A stretch of 64,000 bases of DNA from positions 4,617-68,616 of the forward strand of contig JBBDJK010000152.1 of assembly GCA_040879905.1 (NCBI GenBank), given 5' to 3'. The position numbers were made by a program, and so were the translations under genes. The notes under the pieces were generated by a model that searched no databases, was not told where the DNA came from, and saw nothing but the letters and a program-made list of their open reading frames with translations. This document shows positions 10,187 to 20,919 of the stretch, piece after piece. Numbering within the stretch: position 1 is the first letter of the stretch; each line of letters begins with the position of its first letter. This stretch comes from Balneolaceae bacterium. GTDB taxonomy: Bacteria > Bacteroidota > Rhodothermia > Balneolales > Balneolaceae.

Positions 10187-11389
10187 ATGGATTATACTGT
10201 TCCAACTAAAGAAGGTTATTTTGGTAAATATGGTGGGAAATACGTTCCTGAAATATTGATTCCGGCACTTGTCGAGCTCGAAGATGCTTATGAAAAATCT
10301 TTGAATGATCCTCTATTCCAAAAAGAGTACCATGATCTTCTTCAGGAGTACGTAGGGCGCCCTACTAAATTAACGTATGCCAATCGTCTGACTGATTATT
10401 ACGGGAAGGCAAAAATCTATATGAAGAGAGAAGATCTCTGTCATACAGGCGCACATAAAATAAATAATGCAATTGGGCAGCTTTTACTTGCCAGAAAAAT
10501 GGGTAAAAAACGGATTATTGCAGAAACGGGTGCCGGTCAACATGGCGTTGCGACTGCCACTGCTTGTGCAAAATTTGGGTTCCAATGTGTGATCTATATG
10601 GGTGCTGAGGATATGGAGCGTCAAAAATTGAATGTCGATCGAATGAGGTTACTGGGTGCAGAAGTACGAACTGTAACAAGTGGATCACAGACTCTCAAAG
10701 ACGCAACCAATGAAGCCATTCGTGATTGGGTAACCAATGTTGAAAATACATTTTATATCATTGGATCTGTTGTGGGGCCACACCCATATCCGATGATGAC
10801 CCGAAATTTTCATAAAGTTATAGGTGAAGAAACGAAATCACAGATTCTCAAGCTTGAGGGAAGAGAGCCCGATTATTTGGTTGCATGTGTAGGAGGCGGA
10901 AGCAATGCGATTGGATTCTTCTATCCATTTATTCAGAATGAAGATGTGAAAATGATTGGTGTAGAGGCGGCCGGTTTAGGAGCTGATACCGACCAGACGG
11001 CTGCTACTTTGACCATTGGATCACCAGGAGTATTACACGGGTCACTGAGCTATTTACTTCACAATAGTGAGGGACAGATACAACTGGCGCACTCCATCAG
11101 TGCAGGCCTCGATTATCCGGGTATTGGTCCGGAACACTCCTATTTGCACGATATAAAACGAGTGCACTATTTTGGAATTACAGATCATGAAGCAATGAAT
11201 GCAGTTAAATTGTTATCCGATAAGGAGGGTATCATACCTGCAATTGAGACGGCACACGCTTTTGCATACCTTGAAAAGTTGATGCCATTGACTCAAAAAG
11301 ATGAAATTGTCATTGTAAACTGTTCCGGGCGAGGAGATAAAGATATGAAAACCATATCGGAATGGTTTTCAGACGATGATAATATTTGA
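10187..11389 (+). CDS. trpB: Tryptophan synthase beta chain
   Basis: [42 protein letters not shown]. Confidence 0.98.
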   Translation: MDYTVPTKEGYFGKYGGKYVPEILIPALVELEDAYEKSLNDPLFQKEYHDLLQEYVGRPTKLTYANRLTDYYGKAKIYMKREDLCHTGAHKINNAIGQLLLARKMGKKRIIAETGAGQHGVATATACAKFGFQCVIYMGAEDMERQKLNVDRMRLLGAEVRTVTSGSQTLKDATNEAIRDWVTNVENTFYIIGSVVGPHPYPMMTRNFHKVIGEETKSQILKLEGREPDYLVACVGGGSNAIGFFYPFIQNEDVKMIGVEAAGLGADTDQTAATLTIGSPGVLHGSLSYLLHNSEGQIQLAHSISAGLDYPGIGPEHSYLHDIKRVHYFGITDHEAMNAVKLLSDKEGIIPAIETAHAFAYLEKLMPLTQKDEIVIVNCSGRGDKDMKTISEWFSDDDNI

Positions 11390-11423
11390 TCATTGTATCA
11401 AACCATAAGAACTTGACTAACAT

Positions 11424-12242
11424 ATGATTCAACATAAAACACGCATTGGTAGATTATTTGAAAAAAGGTCCGCAAATGATAAGGTGATGTCTCTATTTAT
11501 CACAGCCGGTTATCCGAATTTGGATGTGACAACGGATCTGATTTTGGGTTTTGAGAAAAACGGTGCGGATATGATCGAACTGGGAATGCCTTTCAGTGAT
11601 CCACTGGCAGATGGACCCACTATTCAATATGCAAGTAATAAAGCAATTGAAAACGGGATCACGATGAAGAGGATCTTTCAAATGGTACGTGAAGTTCGAA
11701 AGTCTTCAGAAATACCCTTGATTTTAATGGGTTACATTAATCCTATTTTACGATATGGGTTAGATAATTTTTGCAGAGATGCATCCGAATGTGGTGTCGA
11801 CGGATTGATTATACCCGATGCACCGATTGAAGAATCTTCAGAATTGGCTGAATTGGCATCTAAACATCAAATAAACCTAATTTATCTGGTTGCTCCAAAC
11901 TCAACTGATGAACGAATGAGACTGATTGATGAACATAGTCAGGGATTTGTTTATTGTGTTTCTGTTACAGGGGTGACAGGTGCACGAAAAGGAGATGAAG
12001 TCGCAAAATCGGTAGAAAGATTTATTGGGAGAGTCAAAAAAAACGTTACCAAAAACCCGAAACTGGTGGGTTTTGGAATCAAAAATTATTCCGATGCCAT
12101 GACAATATCACATGAAGTGGAAGGGTTTATTGTGGGTAGCGCAATTATTGATACCATACGAAATAAATATCCTGACAATAATTGGCTTGAAAACACATTA
12201 TCTTTTGTAAAAGAACTGAAATATGGAAATATTAAGGCCTAA
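11424..12242 (+). CDS. trpA: Tryptophan synthase alpha chain
   Basis: ELGMPFSDPLADGPTIQ, GVTGAR, VGFGI. Confidence 0.97.
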   Translation: MIQHKTRIGRLFEKRSANDKVMSLFITAGYPNLDVTTDLILGFEKNGADMIELGMPFSDPLADGPTIQYASNKAIENGITMKRIFQMVREVRKSSEIPLILMGYINPILRYGLDNFCRDASECGVDGLIIPDAPIEESSELAELASKHQINLIYLVAPNSTDERMRLIDEHSQGFVYCVSVTGVTGARKGDEVAKSVERFIGRVKKNVTKNPKLVGFGIKNYSDAMTISHEVEGFIVGSAIIDTIRNKYPDNNWLENTLSFVKELKYGNIKA

Positions 12243-12264
12243 TTTTAAAACATTATAATTTATT

Positions 12265-13365
12265 ATGAGATCATTTTTATTATGGGTACCGATTGCGATT
12301 ATACTATTACTATCAGCATGTAATGCTGATTACAGGCCAATTTCTATCGGACCAATAGATGAGGTTATAGTCGTAATGGACTCAACCGATTGGGACAGTG
12401 AAACAGCATTGGCAATAGAAGAAACATTCGGTAAACTGATAGGTACTTTGCCAACCGCTGAACCGACTTACAAGTTAATTTTCAGAGATTTTAGTACAAA
12501 TGAAGAATTGGATAATCTCAGAGAACATAAAAATATCATTTTTGCATCTACACTTGATGATGATAATAATGTAGCATCACTGATAAGAGCAATTTTGAGT
12601 GATGAGATAGAAGAGAGGGTCAGACAGGGAGAAAGTTTTGCATTCCCTTTACAAGATAGATGGGTACGAGATCAATGGACACTGTTACTTACTTCAACTT
12701 CGGATCTTGAACTTTCAGAAAAAATTCTAAACTCAGAGAGCTCATTGGTTGGTAATCTGATGGATTTGGAGTTTCAGAGAAGAACGGCTGAAATATTCCG
12801 AAGGGGTGAGCAGGTTGAAATATCAGATTCATTGTGGAAAAATCGCGGGTGGAGTGTCCGTATGCAGCATGATTACACACAATCGGTTGACGTAGATGAT
12901 GTTGTCGTTTTTAAAAGATATCTACCTGATAACAATCGTTGGATGTTGGCCTGGTGGGAAGATGATGTTGATAATATTGATTTTTTAGATTCAGAATGGA
13001 TTAATGCACATAGAGATTCACTGTTGCAACAATATCTTCGGGGAGAAAGGGACGAATCCTACATCACAACGGAGTACAGACGTCCGGTTATAACGGATGA
13101 AATGGATCGTAGTGATCACATAAGGGGTTATGAGACACTCGGAACGTGGATGATGACCAACGATTTTATGGGAGGGCCCTTTGTGAATTTCACTTATTAC
13201 GATCCGCAAACAGAAAGACTGTTTATGATTGAGTATGGACAGTTTGCACCCAGTGTAACAAAAAGAACTTTTGTAAGACAATTCAGGGCTATGGGTCGAA
13301 CATTTCAAGCAGATTCTACCTGGGGTGAGTTGGATCAAGCTATAATCACAGATTTACAGAATTAA
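12265..13365 (+). CDS. Lipoprotein, DUF4837-like
   Basis: Lipobox LLSAC; LP..EP and G.W.....MGGPF motifs. Confidence 0.7.
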   Translation: MRSFLLWVPIAIILLLSACNADYRPISIGPIDEVIVVMDSTDWDSETALAIEETFGKLIGTLPTAEPTYKLIFRDFSTNEELDNLREHKNIIFASTLDDDNNVASLIRAILSDEIEERVRQGESFAFPLQDRWVRDQWTLLLTSTSDLELSEKILNSESSLVGNLMDLEFQRRTAEIFRRGEQVEISDSLWKNRGWSVRMQHDYTQSVDVDDVVVFKRYLPDNNRWMLAWWEDDVDNIDFLDSEWINAHRDSLLQQYLRGERDESYITTEYRRPVITDEMDRSDHIRGYETLGTWMMTNDFMGGPFVNFTYYDPQTERLFMIEYGQFAPSVTKRTFVRQFRAMGRTFQADSTWGELDQAIITDLQN

Positions 13366-13460
13366 TTGTCCCTGAATATACTCCGGGATTTTATCATTTA
13401 ACCTCCTATCCGTAGTAGATCTGTACTAATGGTGATTGGATTCTATTATTTGTCTCTCAT

Positions 13461-14537
13461 ATGCAAAAAAGATCAGAAAGGATCGATAAGCTCTCTGATG
13501 CAATAGATAGATGGCTTCAACCGGATAACAGTGAATTAAAAGAGGCCATCGATTTAACAGTATCTGAAAAACTATTTAGTTTAGAAGATATCAAACATCG
13601 TATACTCTCCTTGAAAAATACTCTTACCAGAGAGAATCTGATTCGATGGGCTGAACTATCAAAACTGAACCCGGAATCGAATCAAGGAAAAGAGATTGTT
13701 TGTTTGCATGCAGGTAATTTGCCCATGGTTGGAATTCAGGATCTGTTGGCAACTATTCTAACCGGTGCGAAATATGTGGGAAAATTATCTAAAAAAGATC
13801 CATATCTGCTACCCACTCTTATCAGCAAATTAAAAATTTCAGATGTAGCCGACAATCCTCAATGGACGGTGAATATAGGGCAGTTGAGAGGAATCAAGGC
13901 TAAAGCTATCCTTTTTGCAGGATCAGGGAAAAGTGTTCAAAAGGTTAAGTCAAAACTAAGATCTATAGGAGTTGCCAATTCGAATACTCCGGCCCTTATT
14001 CGAACAGCTCATTTTTCAATCGCATGGATTCGTGATATGGAACCGGAGACCATGGTTGATTTAACAGAAGCCGTCTTTAGATATGGTGGAAGAGGGTGCC
14101 GTTCCGCAGCTATAGTTGTTGCGCCGGAGCCTTTACTATCCAACTCATGTTCCTTCACAGACTATATTGAATCTTTCTGGATAAAAAATCCGCAATTTGA
14201 AAAACCGGAGGAATCACTGAAACACAGATTTGCCCTGAACCGGGCAGTGGGAGTTCCACAATTGTGGTTGGATCATTTTTTAATTGAAGAACGATTTGAA
14301 CAACCGGATGAAAATTTTATCCTTTATTGGATCAAAGGTGGAGAAAGTGAACTTAAAGAGCTTATACAAAAGACGCAAAATGGGCTACAGAGTGTTTTTA
14401 CAACAGGTTCATATATGGACAGACAGATCGAAGGATTTACATTGGAACCATTGTCAGAAGCACAAAACCCTCCGATATGGTGGCGTCCGGATGGAGTAGA
14501 ACCTATTTCATGGTTACAAGAGCACTCCAATGATTAA
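13461..14537 (+). CDS. Acyl-CoA reductase-like protein (LuxC-related)
   Basis: AGNLPMVG..D, KLS..D, YGGRGCRS (putative catalytic Cys), C-terminal AQ.P..W..PDGV. Confidence 0.7.
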   Translation: MQKRSERIDKLSDAIDRWLQPDNSELKEAIDLTVSEKLFSLEDIKHRILSLKNTLTRENLIRWAELSKLNPESNQGKEIVCLHAGNLPMVGIQDLLATILTGAKYVGKLSKKDPYLLPTLISKLKISDVADNPQWTVNIGQLRGIKAKAILFAGSGKSVQKVKSKLRSIGVANSNTPALIRTAHFSIAWIRDMEPETMVDLTEAVFRYGGRGCRSAAIVVAPEPLLSNSCSFTDYIESFWIKNPQFEKPEESLKHRFALNRAVGVPQLWLDHFLIEERFEQPDENFILYWIKGGESELKELIQKTQNGLQSVFTTGSYMDRQIEGFTLEPLSEAQNPPIWWRPDGVEPISWLQEHSND

Positions 14538-14594
14538 TATGGTTTTTTTACTATTTTAGACAGAAGATAAACATTAAACTAATCTACCATTCCA

Positions 14595-15368
14595 ATGACC
14601 CGATTTTTTACTTTCTCACTATTAGTATCACTCATTTTTACCATAAATGCATGTGGTCAAGACAATAATCCACTTCACCAGATCTATCTTGTTGAAGATG
14701 CCAGCCATTCTGTATTGGTATTTTCAAAGACAATGGGATGGAGGCACGATTCAATAGAAGCGGGGGCCGAGACGATTATTCGCTTGGGTGAACAAAATGG
14801 ATTTTCAGTGACCTGGAGCGAGGATGCAGAATATTTTACAGATTCCAATCTATCCAATTACGATGCGATTATTTTTCTCAACACAACACTTACGATACTC
14901 AATAGTGATGAGCAGCGGTCCGCATTTCAACGTTTTATTCAAAACGGGGGTGGTTTTGTAGGTGTGCATTCAGCAACAGATACGGAATATGACTGGCCGT
15001 GGTACGGTGAATTGGTGGGTGCTTATTTTGATAATCATCCCGGGAACCCAAATGTTAGAGAGGCGATTATCGATGTTGTGGATTCAGATCATCCATCTAC
15101 TATGCATCTTCCAGAACGCTGGCAGCGAACTGATGAATGGTATAATTTTGGAATGATCAGTGATCAAATCCATGTGATCATGAAATTGGATACAGACAGT
15201 TATGAGGGAAGCGATCATCCGGGCAACCATCCCGTAGCATGGTATCAAGAGTACGATGGTGGCAGATCGTTCTATACGGCTTCAGGGCACACTATAGAAT
15301 CTTTTTCTGAACCACTTTTTATTGAACACTTATTAGGTGGATTAAACTATGTAATGGGTATTGAATAA
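14595..15368 (+). CDS. ThuA-like domain lipoprotein
   Basis: Signal peptide ending INAC; VLVFSKT.G.RH.SI, GGGFVGVHSA, DEWYN, GRSFYT..GH. Confidence 0.85.
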   Translation: MTRFFTFSLLVSLIFTINACGQDNNPLHQIYLVEDASHSVLVFSKTMGWRHDSIEAGAETIIRLGEQNGFSVTWSEDAEYFTDSNLSNYDAIIFLNTTLTILNSDEQRSAFQRFIQNGGGFVGVHSATDTEYDWPWYGELVGAYFDNHPGNPNVREAIIDVVDSDHPSTMHLPERWQRTDEWYNFGMISDQIHVIMKLDTDSYEGSDHPGNHPVAWYQEYDGGRSFYTASGHTIESFSEPLFIEHLLGGLNYVMGIE

Positions 15369-15412
15369 TTCAATCATCAAAAAATATTTAACACCATTAA
15401 ATACTAAATCAA

Positions 15413-16483
15413 TTGGCTTATAAGAGTAAAAGTAACAGTCTTGATACATTTCGAAGTCTCTATAAAGAAATCAAAAATGGTCAGTTCAATAAACCGATTT
15501 ATTACCTCTATGGTGACGAGATGTTCTTAATCGATCTGATTCAGGATGAGATCGAAAAAATATTACCGCCCGGCCAAAAAGATTTCAATTTTGACTTGAT
15601 TTATGCCGGAGAGAGTGTTCCATCTTCAGTTTTAAACATTGCCGGCAGTTATCCAATGATGGCAGAACGAAGAATTGTTGTCGTCAGGGATTTTATGAGA
15701 TTTGATGAAAACCCGGATGGTAATAAAACAATTGAATTTACGGAATATTTAAAAAGACCTAACCCATCTACCATACTCTGTCTGATCGACCAAAAATTTC
15801 CCGATAAAAGGAGGGACCCGGGTAGATTTCTAAATTCAAAAGAGATTGCCAAGTCGGTGGGGATATATGAATTCTCAGCTATTCCGGAACAGAATCTTCC
15901 GGAATGGGTAATAGATTGGACAGATCACAGACATCAGATGAAGATTAGTCCAATGGCAGCTCAGTTATTGGCACATCTGGCCGGGCCGGAACTAAAGCTA
16001 CTGTCCACAGAAATAGAAAAACTGTGCACTTTTGTGGACAGTGATGTGGTCATCACAGAAGACCATGTAAAAAAAGTAACAGAATCTTATCGCGAATATA
16101 ACATCATAGAGCTTAAAAATGCAGTGATTAGCCGGGATCTGGACAAATCCCTCATGATTGCGGAACAGATGTTGCTAAAGAGTAATAACAGCACGGGGGA
16201 ATTATTTAAAACCGTGGGGTTCTTTTACACAGTGTTTAGCAATATCTGGCAAATATGCAGATTAACTGAAAAGGGCTTGAATAAAAATCAAGTCCAGGAA
16301 GTGTTAGGTGAAAAACGAACATTTGTTTTTAACCATCAGTATAGAGACGCTTCCAATTTTCGATTAGCTGAAATGCCGCATATTTTTGAAGCGCTTCTCG
16401 ATACAGATCGATCGCTGAAGGGTTTCAGTACACTGGATAATCCCACCATATTCCTCCTGCTCATTAAACGTATCGTCGGGTAG
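15413..16483 (+). CDS. holA: DNA polymerase III delta subunit
   Basis: PIYYLYGDE, DFNFD, YPMMAERRIVVV, EIEKL; 356 aa. Confidence 0.88.
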   Translation: MAYKSKSNSLDTFRSLYKEIKNGQFNKPIYYLYGDEMFLIDLIQDEIEKILPPGQKDFNFDLIYAGESVPSSVLNIAGSYPMMAERRIVVVRDFMRFDENPDGNKTIEFTEYLKRPNPSTILCLIDQKFPDKRRDPGRFLNSKEIAKSVGIYEFSAIPEQNLPEWVIDWTDHRHQMKISPMAAQLLAHLAGPELKLLSTEIEKLCTFVDSDVVITEDHVKKVTESYREYNIIELKNAVISRDLDKSLMIAEQMLLKSNNSTGELFKTVGFFYTVFSNIWQICRLTEKGLNKNQVQEVLGEKRTFVFNHQYRDASNFRLAEMPHIFEALLDTDRSLKGFSTLDNPTIFLLLIKRIVG

Positions 16484-16542
16484 AACCTCATCACGGTTTC
16501 CCGGCGTTGCGGTAATAGCAACGGAATAAGCGGGGTACCAAC

Positions 16543-17151
16543 ATGGAAAGTTCTACATATTCGAAACTTCAACAGATGTCTGACGAAGAAGTAATGCAAC
16601 AACTGCAAAATGGGGTTGTTCAGTCGTTTGATATTATTGTTCATCGATTTAAAGACAGATTACACAACTTTCTTTATAGGTATACACACAATCATGAGGA
16701 TTGTGAAGACCTGGTACAGGAGACATTCCTGAGAGTATATAGAAGTCGATTCTCTTATCAGCCTATTGCAAAATTATCCACTTGGATCTTTACCATCGCT
16801 TTAAATCTGGCTAAAACGATGTATAAGAAAAAGCAACGTATGACCACTTTTTCTATACATGCAGATGAAACTGATTCTGAAAGCAGAGATTTTGAAATTG
16901 CAGATAGTGCACTTTTACAAGATGATGAACTCCATTTGAAAAACTCAATTGAAGAGCTCGAAAAAGCATTATTGCAATTGAATGATGACTTTAGAGAAGT
17001 CATTATTCTCAGAGATGTTCAACAGCTTTCCTATGAGGAAATAGCTGATATTACAGGAACCGCAATGGGTACGGTTAAATCCAGAATTAATCGTGCAAGG
17101 GTGCAACTTCAAGAAATTATTGGAGATTACGTAAAATCGGAAACTTTCTAA
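16543..17151 (+). CDS. ECF RNA polymerase sigma factor (RpoE/SigW-like)
   Basis: EDLVQETFLRVY, STWIFTIA.N, LSYEEIA..GTVKSRINRAR. Confidence 0.93.
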   Translation: MESSTYSKLQQMSDEEVMQQLQNGVVQSFDIIVHRFKDRLHNFLYRYTHNHEDCEDLVQETFLRVYRSRFSYQPIAKLSTWIFTIALNLAKTMYKKKQRMTTFSIHADETDSESRDFEIADSALLQDDELHLKNSIEELEKALLQLNDDFREVIILRDVQQLSYEEIADITGTAMGTVKSRINRARVQLQEIIGDYVKSETF

Positions 17152-17198
17152 TCCGCTTGAAGTAAGAATCTTTGTTAACAATAAGAAATTCTTACTTA

Positions 17199-17519
17199 AT
17201 GAGATCTGAAAAAAATCAATTACATGATAGAACCGATGAAAAAACACGTAGTTCGGAAAAAGAAAAACGTGTAGAAAATACCTCTTCATCGGTTCTCTCT
17301 TACAATAAAGAAAAATCTTTGCCCGATGATTCTATTTCGAGTAGATTAGCCTCTCTTCCGGTTGTTAAAGTAAAACCCGGGTTTGATCAAAAAATGGCGG
17401 CTTTATTTGCTTTGGAACTGGAAGAAGAGATTCGAAGAAAGTGTTTCAGTTGGCAGATTAAAACAAATAAAATCCGTTTACCCGACCTGATTACGGATCT
17501 TCGTTCTGAGTTTTTTTAA
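17199..17519 (+). CDS. Small soluble protein following the ECF sigma, putative anti-sigma factor
   Basis: Position; LASLPVVKVKPGFDQKM segment; ATG at 17199. Overlaps the convergent TPR gene by 42 bp. Confidence 0.55.
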   Translation: MRSEKNQLHDRTDEKTRSSEKEKRVENTSSSVLSYNKEKSLPDDSISSRLASLPVVKVKPGFDQKMAALFALELEEEIRRKCFSWQIKTNKIRLPDLITDLRSEFF

Positions 17520-18110
17520 ATCCTGATGTTCCGGATCAATGGATAATCCTTCAATTGTGAATTTAAGTGATTCTGAGTAAGCCTTCACTTCAAACAGTAT
17601 CCATGCCAAATTAAAGAACGCGTCTGTAAATGAAGGTTCGATTTCAATGGCCTTTTTATAGCTGGATGCCGCTTTAATGTGATCACCACTTCTAAGTAAA
17701 AAATTACCATAATTAAAATGGGCAACCGCATTATCAGGTGCTATTTTAACCTGATAAGCAAAGAGTTGAGCTGCTTTCTCAAATTCTTGAATCGCTTCAT
17801 AGCTATCTGCCAGATTGTTCAGTGATGGCAAATGTCCGGGTTCCAACTCGAGTACATCAAGATAGTGTTTGATTGCCAACTTATACTTTTCAACTTCAGC
17901 ATATGAGTTTGCCAGGTTATATTGACACTTTACTATTGCCGGCTGGATTTCAACAGCTTTCTTCAACACTTCTATCGATTGTTCATATTCACCGGCCAAG
18001 TAATATCCGACACCCAGATCATTAAGTAAATCTGCATTGTCGGGATCATCTGTTAAGTGGGTTTTGATCTCTTCAATTTGTTTGTAAAGAAAAGCAGAAT
18101 CATTCATCAA
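17478..18110 (-). CDS. Tetratricopeptide repeat protein
   Basis: About 5 TPR units of pattern NLA/G..Y......A......A...P. Confidence 0.9.
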   Translation of the reverse strand: MMNDSAFLYKQIEEIKTHLTDDPDNADLLNDLGVGYYLAGEYEQSIEVLKKAVEIQPAIVKCQYNLANSYAEVEKYKLAIKHYLDVLELEPGHLPSLNNLADSYEAIQEFEKAAQLFAYQVKIAPDNAVAHFNYGNFLLRSGDHIKAASSYKKAIEIEPSFTDAFFNLAWILFEVKAYSESLKFTIEGLSIDPEHQDLKKLRTKIRNQVG

Positions 18111-20335
18111 AATTGATAACCTATTTGAAGTTCAGATCTGAATCTGGAAAATGAACTGTGTGAAAATATAAGTTTTAATGGGCCCAAAATTGTTTGGGCA
18201 CCAACAGTCATTGAGAATCCAAGATCAATATCGTTTTCTGTTAATTTCAGGTTCCAGTTACTCAAGAATCGTGCAGCAAAAAAATCAAAACCGATAAAAC
18301 GTTTATTAAACGGTTCAGCCTGAAGGCCTAAAGATATCATTTGCACATTACGTGATGCAATTTCGTATCGTTCTGCACCCCCAAAACGGATCATTTGGTA
18401 ATAGGGTTGAAATCTATTGGGGGAATTCCAATACTCCCATGGCAGATCTCGTCCGGTTGTGTAAGATCCCCATAAAGTGTTGTTAAGTGATAAGTAATCA
18501 GTTAATTCAAACCATCCGGAATAGTATAGTGTGGTTGAAGTGAAGTTAATCTGACTTAATAAAAAATCATCACTCACATAACTTTCAAAAATAGTGCGTA
18601 CACCCTTTGTCGGATAAGATTTTCTATTAAATTTGTCTCTCATGAATCTAAGAAAAATAGCGTGGTAGTCTTGGTCTGATGAGAGAATTCCATTTGTATT
18701 GATGATATTGGAATGATTTGTAAAATCCTTTCGAGCACCCAATGCAATAAGATTATTGGTACTGAAATAGTTTGCAAAGGATATTTCACCCCTTCTAACA
18801 ACGTAATTAAATCGCGAATTTCGTTTACCTTCAAAAAACCATTCAACATCTTCGGAGAGATATTCTAAAGTCATTAAAACTGCAAATCTCGATTCCAATG
18901 GCCCATAATAATTATGATCAACTTTAATATTCATTCTGTCACCTAATCTTATTTCTCCACGGGTGAATGATCCGCGATGAAGTAAACCGTGAAAAGTTCC
19001 TTCCGTCAGGATTGATGCTTTTGTTGGAGACTCATATCTCAAACCTATATTAAATTCGTCTCGAATATTTTCAATGACATTAATTTGTAGCGTGTAAAAA
19101 TATTCATTACTGGGTTGAATCCTATATGTGACCAAATCTATGAATTGTGAGCTGTAGAGTTTGGATATTTTTTCTTCAATCATTTCTGGGCTTAAACTGG
19201 CTCCCGGTTCAAATTCCAGTAAACCCATGATAAAATCGTTATCATAAATGGTGTTTCCATTGATAGAAATGTCATTAATCGGAAGAGAACCCAGTGAACC
19301 TATTCCGGGCCGTATAGGGGGTGGCCGTGACTGCATTGCAGCGATCTCTCTAAATTTTTCAATGTGATCTTGACCTGCCTTTTGTCCAATTTCAACATAT
19401 TTGGCAGTATTTCTAAAATCGGCCGGGGAATAGGCATTAAGCTCTACTACATCAATATAATAATCTGCCAATTCTTTCTGGATGGCTACATTATCCAGGA
19501 CACGAAAGAGTATTGTCTGAGTTAGTACAGTGGAGAGAGTATTCAGACTATCTTTGGGCATTAAAGGGGATCCAACATGTACAGCGATCGTATAATTCGC
19601 ACCCATGTCAATCGCATCCTGTACAGGTAAATTTCTGATCAGCCCTCCATCCACGTATAGTTTTCCATCTATTTCGTGCGGTGTAAAGATAGATGGTATC
19701 GATATGGTGGCACGCAACGCATCCGGAAGATAACCGGAGTTAAAAACTTTTGCATTACCGGTTTCAAGATCTGTTCCGATTGCAGCGAATGGAATTGGAA
19801 GTTTATTAAAGTCTTCCAGCCCATGTGTGGGCCAAGTCAGAGTTGAGAGAAAAGTGTAAATATTTTGACCTGTAATTATACCTGCAGGGAGGTCAATCCC
19901 TTGATCGCTGATTGGAAAACTGGCGATAGTGCGTTCATTATTTAATTTTTCATAGTTAGATATATATCTTCTGTCTTTTCTTTCTATAAAAAGTTCATTA
20001 AAATCGTTAGACAGAACGATATCAAGCATTTGTTCCGTTGTATAACCTATTGCGTAAAAGGCACCGACCAAACCTCCCATACTGGTGCCTGTGATGTAAT
20101 CTATTCTTAGCCCTGCCTCTTCGATAGCCTGGATAATACCTATATGTGCCAATCCCAATGCTCCTCCTCCTGATAGTACTAATCCGACTCGCAGGCTGTC
20201 TTCTTCTGCAGTTGTCAGATTTGTCGCATAACTATTTTGATAAATAGTTGATAACATTATAAAAAGAAATGCAAATAATAATGCGGAGTAGCATTTACAT
20301 TTCCCGAATCGTCTGCGTTTTATAGAAAAGTCCAT
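18107..20335 (-). CDS. Patatin-like phospholipase with POTRA and beta-barrel domains (PlpD-like)
   Basis: LSGGGALGLAHIG, GTSMG, DGG; POTRA-like INDISINGN; C-terminal IGYQF barrel signature. Confidence 0.85.
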   Translation of the reverse strand: MDFSIKRRRFGKCKCYSALLFAFLFIMLSTIYQNSYATNLTTAEEDSLRVGLVLSGGGALGLAHIGIIQAIEEAGLRIDYITGTSMGGLVGAFYAIGYTTEQMLDIVLSNDFNELFIERKDRRYISNYEKLNNERTIASFPISDQGIDLPAGIITGQNIYTFLSTLTWPTHGLEDFNKLPIPFAAIGTDLETGNAKVFNSGYLPDALRATISIPSIFTPHEIDGKLYVDGGLIRNLPVQDAIDMGANYTIAVHVGSPLMPKDSLNTLSTVLTQTILFRVLDNVAIQKELADYYIDVVELNAYSPADFRNTAKYVEIGQKAGQDHIEKFREIAAMQSRPPPIRPGIGSLGSLPINDISINGNTIYDNDFIMGLLEFEPGASLSPEMIEEKISKLYSSQFIDLVTYRIQPSNEYFYTLQINVIENIRDEFNIGLRYESPTKASILTEGTFHGLLHRGSFTRGEIRLGDRMNIKVDHNYYGPLESRFAVLMTLEYLSEDVEWFFEGKRNSRFNYVVRRGEISFANYFSTNNLIALGARKDFTNHSNIINTNGILSSDQDYHAIFLRFMRDKFNRKSYPTKGVRTIFESYVSDDFLLSQINFTSTTLYYSGWFELTDYLSLNNTLWGSYTTGRDLPWEYWNSPNRFQPYYQMIRFGGAERYEIASRNVQMISLGLQAEPFNKRFIGFDFFAARFLSNWNLKLTENDIDLGFSMTVGAQTILGPLKLIFSHSSFSRFRSELQIGYQF

Positions 20336-20441
20336 TTGGTAGTAAACGGGTATTCAATTTGAAAATTTTATTCTAAAAATCTCTTTAAAGGACGATTCAT
20401 AAAGCCTATTTGTTACAGGAAAAATGTTAAATAATTATCGA

Positions 20442-20687
20442 TTAACCTGTTTTCACTATGTAACCATCCTTTTCCAGAATGCTTCTAATTTTATCAGTGT
20501 GAGATCCTTGTATTGTTATAGTTTTGCCCTTTACAAAACCACCTGCACCACAAGAAGATTTGAGATTTTTCTCAATTTTTTCTATAACCTGAGGATTATG
20601 TGTTAATCCGGTTACCACGGTTATCGGATTTCCTGTTTTTGGATTTTTTTGTTCTTTTACGGTTAAAACCAATTTTTTCTCATGCAT
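20442..20687 (-). CDS. SUI1/YciH-family translation factor
   Basis: TVVTGL, LKSSCGAGG, ITIQGSH. Confidence 0.85.
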   Translation of the reverse strand: MHEKKLVLTVKEQKNPKTGNPITVVTGLTHNPQVIEKIEKNLKSSCGAGGFVKGKTITIQGSHTDKIRSILEKDGYIVKTG

Positions 20688-20919
20688 TTTGATTCTCTAT
20701 TTAAACATATCAGAGAGTGTTAATCTTTTAATGAATTTATGCCCTGCAACAACCATTGGAATATAATATGTAGATTCTTTTAGAAACTTTATCAAATTTG
20801 TGTGTTTTTTTAAAATCAAATTTATGATTACAACTAAACTGTTTATGTTACATCTTTGTTTAAGAGGATCAGAAAAATAGTTAAATTTGTGTCATATGGT
20901 AAGGATAAAATGAAAGGAG

